Source of the DNA: Candidatus Obscuribacteraceae bacterium
Lineage (GTDB): Bacteria > Cyanobacteriota > Vampirovibrionia > Obscuribacterales > Obscuribacteraceae
Length of the DNA stretch: 64,000 nucleotides
Reading direction: 5' to 3'
NCBI GenBank assembly: GCA_044226015.1
Contig: JBGAHS010000012.1
Span: 32,001 to 96,000, forward strand
Numbering within the stretch: position 1 is the stretch's first letter; each line of letters opens with the position of its first letter. Below, in pieces: positions 59,816-64,000 of the stretch. Below the pieces are notes generated by a model. It worked only from the letters and a program-made list of their open reading frames with translations, ran no database searches and was not told the DNA's origin. The translations under genes and the position numbers were made by a program.

Positions 59816-60345
59816 TATTTTGCTGCTTCCAGTACAACTCTGCGTGCGCGTTCACCGCATGCCTTGCATGTACTCAGTTCGGCTGAGTCGTAAAACTTGT
59901 CGAAAATTGCATTGAACTGCGTCTCAATATTCGTCAACTTAAAGCGTTCTTCATAGAGCTTTGTGTCGCAACTTTCGCAGTACCAGCTGAGACCGTCGTT
60001 TTCATTCTCGCGGCGTTGACGCTCAACCACCAAGCCTATAGTGTTTGCGGGGCGGCGCGGTGAATGCGGCACTCCGCCCGGCAGCAAGAATATTTCGCCC
60101 TCTTTGATTTGCATCGCAACTGGCTTGCCATCTTCGATTAGCTTCAGGGTCATATCGCCTTCCAGCTGATAGAAGAATTCTTCACCATCATTTATGTGGT
60201 AATCGGTGCGCGTATTTGGGCCGCCAATGATCATAATAATGAAGTCAGTGTCTTTGTAGACCAGCTTGTTGCCAACGGGCGGTTTTAAGAGATGGCGGTT
60301 TTCTTCAATCCATTTCTTGAGGTTGATAGTGGCAAATTTACTCAT
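59815..60345 (-). CDS. nbaC: 3-hydroxyanthranilate 3,4-dioxygenase
   Basis: LKPPVGN, GGPNTRTDYH, EEFFYQ, PHSP, two CxxC motifs. Confidence 0.95.
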   Translation of the reverse strand: MSKFATINLKKWIEENRHLLKPPVGNKLVYKDTDFIIMIIGGPNTRTDYHINDGEEFFYQLEGDMTLKLIEDGKPVAMQIKEGEIFLLPGGVPHSPRRPANTIGLVVERQRRENENDGLSWYCESCDTKLYEERFKLTNIETQFNAIFDKFYDSAELSTCKACGERARRVVLEAAK

Positions 60346-60508
60346 GGCAATGCCTCTGTGTCCTGAGCGACCTTTGATATGGGCATCAATTATCTCAGTT
60401 AGCCTTCAATATTGTTTGAGTCTTTTTATAGTATTCATTTCTTTGAAGAAGCATTCTCTTGCGGGCTAGTCAAGTGCGTGCTTGCGCTAGGTTTCGCGCT
60501 ATGTCCAG

Positions 60509-61741
60509 CTAGTTCTCAGGGCGCGGCAAATAATTGCATAGCTGTTGAAATGTTAAAGCCCGATCACCAACGAAGTCATCGTCGTCATACCAGGTGTTAT
60601 TCAGTTCCACCTTTGTGGTTTTGGGGTCATAACTCATGATTGTGACTAAGTGATTGCCTTCTTTGTTGTGAAGAACTGGCTTGCCTTGCGCCTGCAGCCG
60701 GTCTCCGTCAATTGAAATGAGCAGCGGAAAGTGTACATTTGGTAAGCGCCCATCTGCAACGAACTGCAGGAATTTTTGCAGCTGAGCATAATCGCTGTAG
60801 TTGAAGGTTCCGGGCTCTGGATGCCCAGCCCATTCTTCGTTGATTACTGTGATTGTCTCTTGCCCAGTGATAAGAGTGTTGATCAACTTCTCCTGCTTGC
60901 GATTTGTGTAGGGGCTGCGGACTTTTGCGCCATCGCGACTGAAAACTGCCAGTCCTTTGGTCTTGTCGAGCGAATAGTCTCTGAGTGATTCACTCTTGCC
61001 TACAAGCTCGAAGTGCAAGGTTCCCTTCTCTGCTGCCAGTTTGTCAGGGCGTTCGGTGCTTGATTGCCAGCCGATGTTCGCAGCTGTGACCTGGAAAATT
61101 CGACTTGCCCAATTAGCGTATTTTGCGGTTTCGGTGTTTGAGAGCGAATTCCGCGGATAAACAATTTCGCTGCCATCAGAGCATTTGTATTTGCCCAGAA
61201 GGACGATTTGCATAATCAGGCTTGCATAGAGTTCTGGTGTCAGGGTCGCTATTCTGACTTCGTAAGAAGCGAATTTGCATGTGTTGCCAACTTGTCCAAT
61301 GTTTTGAACTGGTGAAGCCAGATTGGCTAAAGTATCGATTGCAATGCTGGCTCTCTGAACTGAGCTCAGTCCAGTCTGAGCCTGTTCAGCGGCAACCATT
61401 TGCTGAATGATTTGAAATGTCAACATTTTGTTCGGCTCTGGCGCTTGAGACTTTGTGCTGAATGCGTCTTCATAACTGTTGAGCTTCTTGAGTAGCGCAG
61501 AGTCCGCTGTGCCGATTGCTTTGAGAATCGCTGAATTTAGATTGTTCGCGGCTTTTCTGAGCTCATCAGGCATGGGGCTTGTTTGATTTTGCGTTGCTGT
61601 GGCAGCAGTTTTTCCTGGTGTTTGGCAACTTGCAATGTTCACTGTTGCCGACCATGTCAACGTTAGACTTAAAGGTATTGCAGCTGCGATCCTTTTGGTA
61701 ATCGATAATTTCAAGATCTGGGCTAGCTGAATTTTCGTCAT
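60509..61741 (-). CDS. Exported hypothetical protein with papain-like cysteine protease motifs
   Basis: IGQVGNTCKFAS (Q..C), GNHLVTIMSYD (H), LNNTW (N). Confidence 0.6.
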   Translation of the reverse strand: MTKIQLAQILKLSITKRIAAAIPLSLTLTWSATVNIASCQTPGKTAATATQNQTSPMPDELRKAANNLNSAILKAIGTADSALLKKLNSYEDAFSTKSQAPEPNKMLTFQIIQQMVAAEQAQTGLSSVQRASIAIDTLANLASPVQNIGQVGNTCKFASYEVRIATLTPELYASLIMQIVLLGKYKCSDGSEIVYPRNSLSNTETAKYANWASRIFQVTAANIGWQSSTERPDKLAAEKGTLHFELVGKSESLRDYSLDKTKGLAVFSRDGAKVRSPYTNRKQEKLINTLITGQETITVINEEWAGHPEPGTFNYSDYAQLQKFLQFVADGRLPNVHFPLLISIDGDRLQAQGKPVLHNKEGNHLVTIMSYDPKTTKVELNNTWYDDDDFVGDRALTFQQLCNYLPRPEN

Positions 61742-61878
61742 TTGAACCAGGCTGATGCTTATGGTGAATTCTTGACCTCATCCATCTTCTACCCGCATTT
61801 GCGAAAAATCATCAAAACGAAGAGCCGTCCAAACTGCTGCGGTGCTAGAATGGCGCGGGTTCAGCCAGGAGCGATATC

Positions 61879-62328
61879 GTGTCAAGCAATTCAAAATCTT
61901 CGTGCATTAGACAGGCTATTCATGTTGAGGAGCCGGCTCCAGCGCCTCTCGGTTCTTACTCGCATGCCATGCGCTCAGGTCATCTCTTGTTTGTTTCCGG
62001 GCAGGGCTGCCGTGATCCGCTGAGTGGTATTGAAGCTGGTATCACGATGGACGCTGAGGGAAAGGTGCTCAGCTATGATATTCAGGTTCAAACCAGGGGA
62101 TGTATTGCTAATCTTGAGCGGGTGCTGAAAGCTGCGGGGCTGACTTTGCATGATGTGGTAGATGTCACGGTGTTCCTGGCTGATATGAAGGATTTCGCAG
62201 CATACAACAAGGTTTACGCCGAGTATTTCACTTTCGAACAGCCGCCTGCGCGAACTACAATACAGGCCGCAGCGCTTCCAGGGCGCAATTTTATTGAAAT
62301 TAAGGCGATTGCGGCTTTTCGCGATTAG
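61879..62328 (+). CDS. RidA/YjgF family protein, probable 2-aminomuconate deaminase
   Basis: PLGSYSH, VSGQG, YNKVY, PARTT, IEIKAIA; context next to ACMSD and the aldehyde dehydrogenase. Confidence 0.85.
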   Translation: MSSNSKSSCIRQAIHVEEPAPAPLGSYSHAMRSGHLLFVSGQGCRDPLSGIEAGITMDAEGKVLSYDIQVQTRGCIANLERVLKAAGLTLHDVVDVTVFLADMKDFAAYNKVYAEYFTFEQPPARTTIQAAALPGRNFIEIKAIAAFRD

Positions 62329-62342
62329 GCAATTGGTCTTGT

Positions 62343-62566
62343 TGGGAGCGCCGGACTCCTGCCTACTTCTGTGTTTGGGAGCGTAGGCATCCTGCCTGCT
62401 TCTGTGCCTGGGAGCTCCGGCATCCTGCCTACTTCTGTGTTTGGAAGCGTAGGCATCCTGCCTGCTTCTGTGCTTGGGAGTTTCGTCATCCTGTCTGCTT
62501 CTGTGCCTGGGAGCGTAGGCATCCTGCCTGCTTCTGTGTCTAGAAGCGCCGGCATCCTGCCAGCTT
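62343..62566. repeat. Intergenic array of about 7 x 33-bp REP-like palindromic units
   Basis: Consensus TGGGAGCGTAGGCATCCTGCCTGCTTCTGTG[TC][TC]; unit starts 62343, 62376, 62409, 62442, 62475, 62508, 62541 (last partial). Confidence 0.9.
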
Positions 62567-62701
62567 AGGCGTAACATGCGAACTTCTAAAAAAGAACTCA
62601 TATAGTCAATCGGCTTAAAGCACAATTACGGTTCTGCTGATCAGTCTCTAGAGCTGCTACAATCCGCGAGCAGGAAGGTTCGAAGCCAAAGAGGACGTCA
62701 A

Positions 62702-64000
62702 ATGAGCCCGGCTATTGCAGTAGACAAAAAGACGATCGACAACTTTATCAATGGAGAATTTGTTGCACCATCAAAAGGTGATTATTTTGAGGACATAAAT
62801 CCTGCCACTGCAGAGCCATTTGCAAAAGTTGCCAGCGGTGGAAAAGAAGATGTCGATGCCGCTGTAGCAGCCGCGAAGAATGCTTACTTGAATGGACCCT
62901 GGGCGCACATGTCACTGACCGAGCGCTGCCAGATTTTGCGTCGCATTGGTGATTTGATTCTAGAAAATAGAGATGCTCTTGCACTGGCAGAAACCACCGA
63001 CACAGGCAAGCCCATAAGTGAAAGCCGTGAGGGCGACATTCCGCGTGCCGCGCAGAACTTTCATTTCTTCGCAGATTATGCTCAATCATTGAGTGAAGAC
63101 TCATTCAACGTCAATGAAAATGAACGCCACTTTGTTGTGCGTGAGCCACTCGGTGTGGCTGGCTTGATTACTCCGTGGAACCTTCCACTTTATTTGGCGA
63201 CATGGAAAATTGCACCATGTCTTGCAATGGGCAATAGTTGTGTATTGAAGCCAGCTGAGTGGACTCCTTACACTGCAAATTTGTTTGGACAAATTGTGCA
63301 GCAAGCGGGACTGCCAGCAGGTGTGTTCAATGTAGTAAACGGGTTTGGTGCTGGCTCTGCAGGTGAAGCACTTACCAGGCACCCGGACGTGCGCTGCATT
63401 TCATTCACCGGCGAAACCGGCACAGGACGCGCAATTATGGCTGCGGCTTCTGAGTCGCTTAAGAAGCTCAGTTTTGAACTTGGTGGCAAAGGCGCAAACA
63501 TTATTTTCGAAGATGCTGATCTTGATGAAGCTATTCCGACGGCGCTGCGTGCGGCTTATCGCAATCAAGGGCAGATTTGTTTGGCTGGTTCGCGTCTTTT
63601 TGTTCAAGAGTCTATCTACAAGAAAGTATGCGAAGAAGTCTTGAACAGAGTCAAAGAAATCAAAGTGGGCAACCCGCTTGATGCAAGTACGCAAATGGGC
63701 GCATTAATCAGCCATGAACACCTCAGCAAGGTTCAATCTTATATAGAGATTGCCAGGAAAGATGGAAAGGTTGTCTATGGCGGTGAGCGCATCAAGGAAT
63801 TGGGCGATGGGAATTTCTTGCGTCCAACTCTTGTCACCGACATTGATAATTCGTCGAAAGTCTGCCAGGAAGAGATTTTTGGACCGGTACTACCTTTGAT
63901 ACCATTCAAAGACGAGGCTCATATTCTCGAAATGGTAAATTCGACTCCGTATGGACTCTCTTGCAGCGTCTGGAGCCAGAATGTTAACAGGCTGCACCGT
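62702..64000 (+). CDS. Aldehyde dehydrogenase, probable 2-aminomuconate/2-hydroxymuconate semialdehyde dehydrogenase (runs off the window)
   Basis: Not in the ORF track; manual translation MSPAIAVDKKTIDNFINGEF...DIPRAAQNF...ITPWNLPL...FTGETGTG...FELGGK...NQGQICLAGS...EEIFGPV. Confidence 0.9.
   Translation, partial: MSPAIAVDKKTIDNFINGEFVAPSKGDYFEDINPATAEPFAKVASGGKEDVDAAVAAAKNAYLNGPWAHMSLTERCQILRRIGDLILENRDALALAETTDTGKPISESREGDIPRAAQNFHFFADYAQSLSEDSFNVNENERHFVVREPLGVAGLITPWNLPLYLATWKIAPCLAMGNSCVLKPAEWTPYTANLFGQIVQQAGLPAGVFNVVNGFGAGSAGEALTRHPDVRCISFTGETGTGRAIMAAASESLKKLSFELGGKGANIIFEDADLDEAIPTALRAAYRNQGQICLAGSRLFVQESIYKKVCEEVLNRVKEIKVGNPLDASTQMGALISHEHLSKVQSYIEIARKDGKVVYGGERIKELGDGNFLRPTLVTDIDNSSKVCQEEIFGPVLPLIPFKDEAHILEMVNSTPYGLSCSVWSQNVNRLHR

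Noticed and set aside
62343..62566. Possible CRISPR array, and the ORFs crossing it (61975-62625 and others)
   Set aside because: Units are contiguous with no spacers and no cas genes; the ORFs are repeat artefacts, one overlapping the RidA gene antisense.

Overview
Gene-dense bacterial chromosomal segment with no rRNA, tRNA, CRISPR array or transposase recognised. Gene content points to a non-photosynthetic relative of Cyanobacteria (Vampirovibrionia/'Melainabacteria', probably Obscuribacterales-like; inference): a cyanobacterial-type RpaA, PilB with a Cys-rich tail, BtpA, and three Hanks-type kinases. In order: pilT-pilB; a 6S-like structured RNA; GT-C glycosyltransferase, kinase and TPR membrane protein; amidase; class V PLP enzyme; an AlgI-type MBOAT with three SGNH/DltD-like paralogues; der, a PlsY-HtrA fusion and rpaA; a large acidic repeat protein with a J-domain; acyP; dnaX; a CHASE2 two-component system with a cluster of secreted-protein genes; a VIT-vWA protein; dxs; pgsA-like; gyrB; ribF-recF; and a kynurenine/2-aminomuconate catabolic cluster that includes an asparaginase II, BtpA and an inserted papain-like protease. 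Main observations: (1) an apparently complete -1 programmed frameshift cassette in dnaX at an unusually distal position; (2) a 1155-aa HTH/coiled-coil/(YSQDPNA)x20/J-domain protein; (3) a PlsY-HtrA fusion held in frame by an A9 tract; (4) an MBOAT plus triple-SGNH acylation operon; (5) unexpected partner genes in the kynurenine operon. All calls come from reading motifs by eye; no searches were run.
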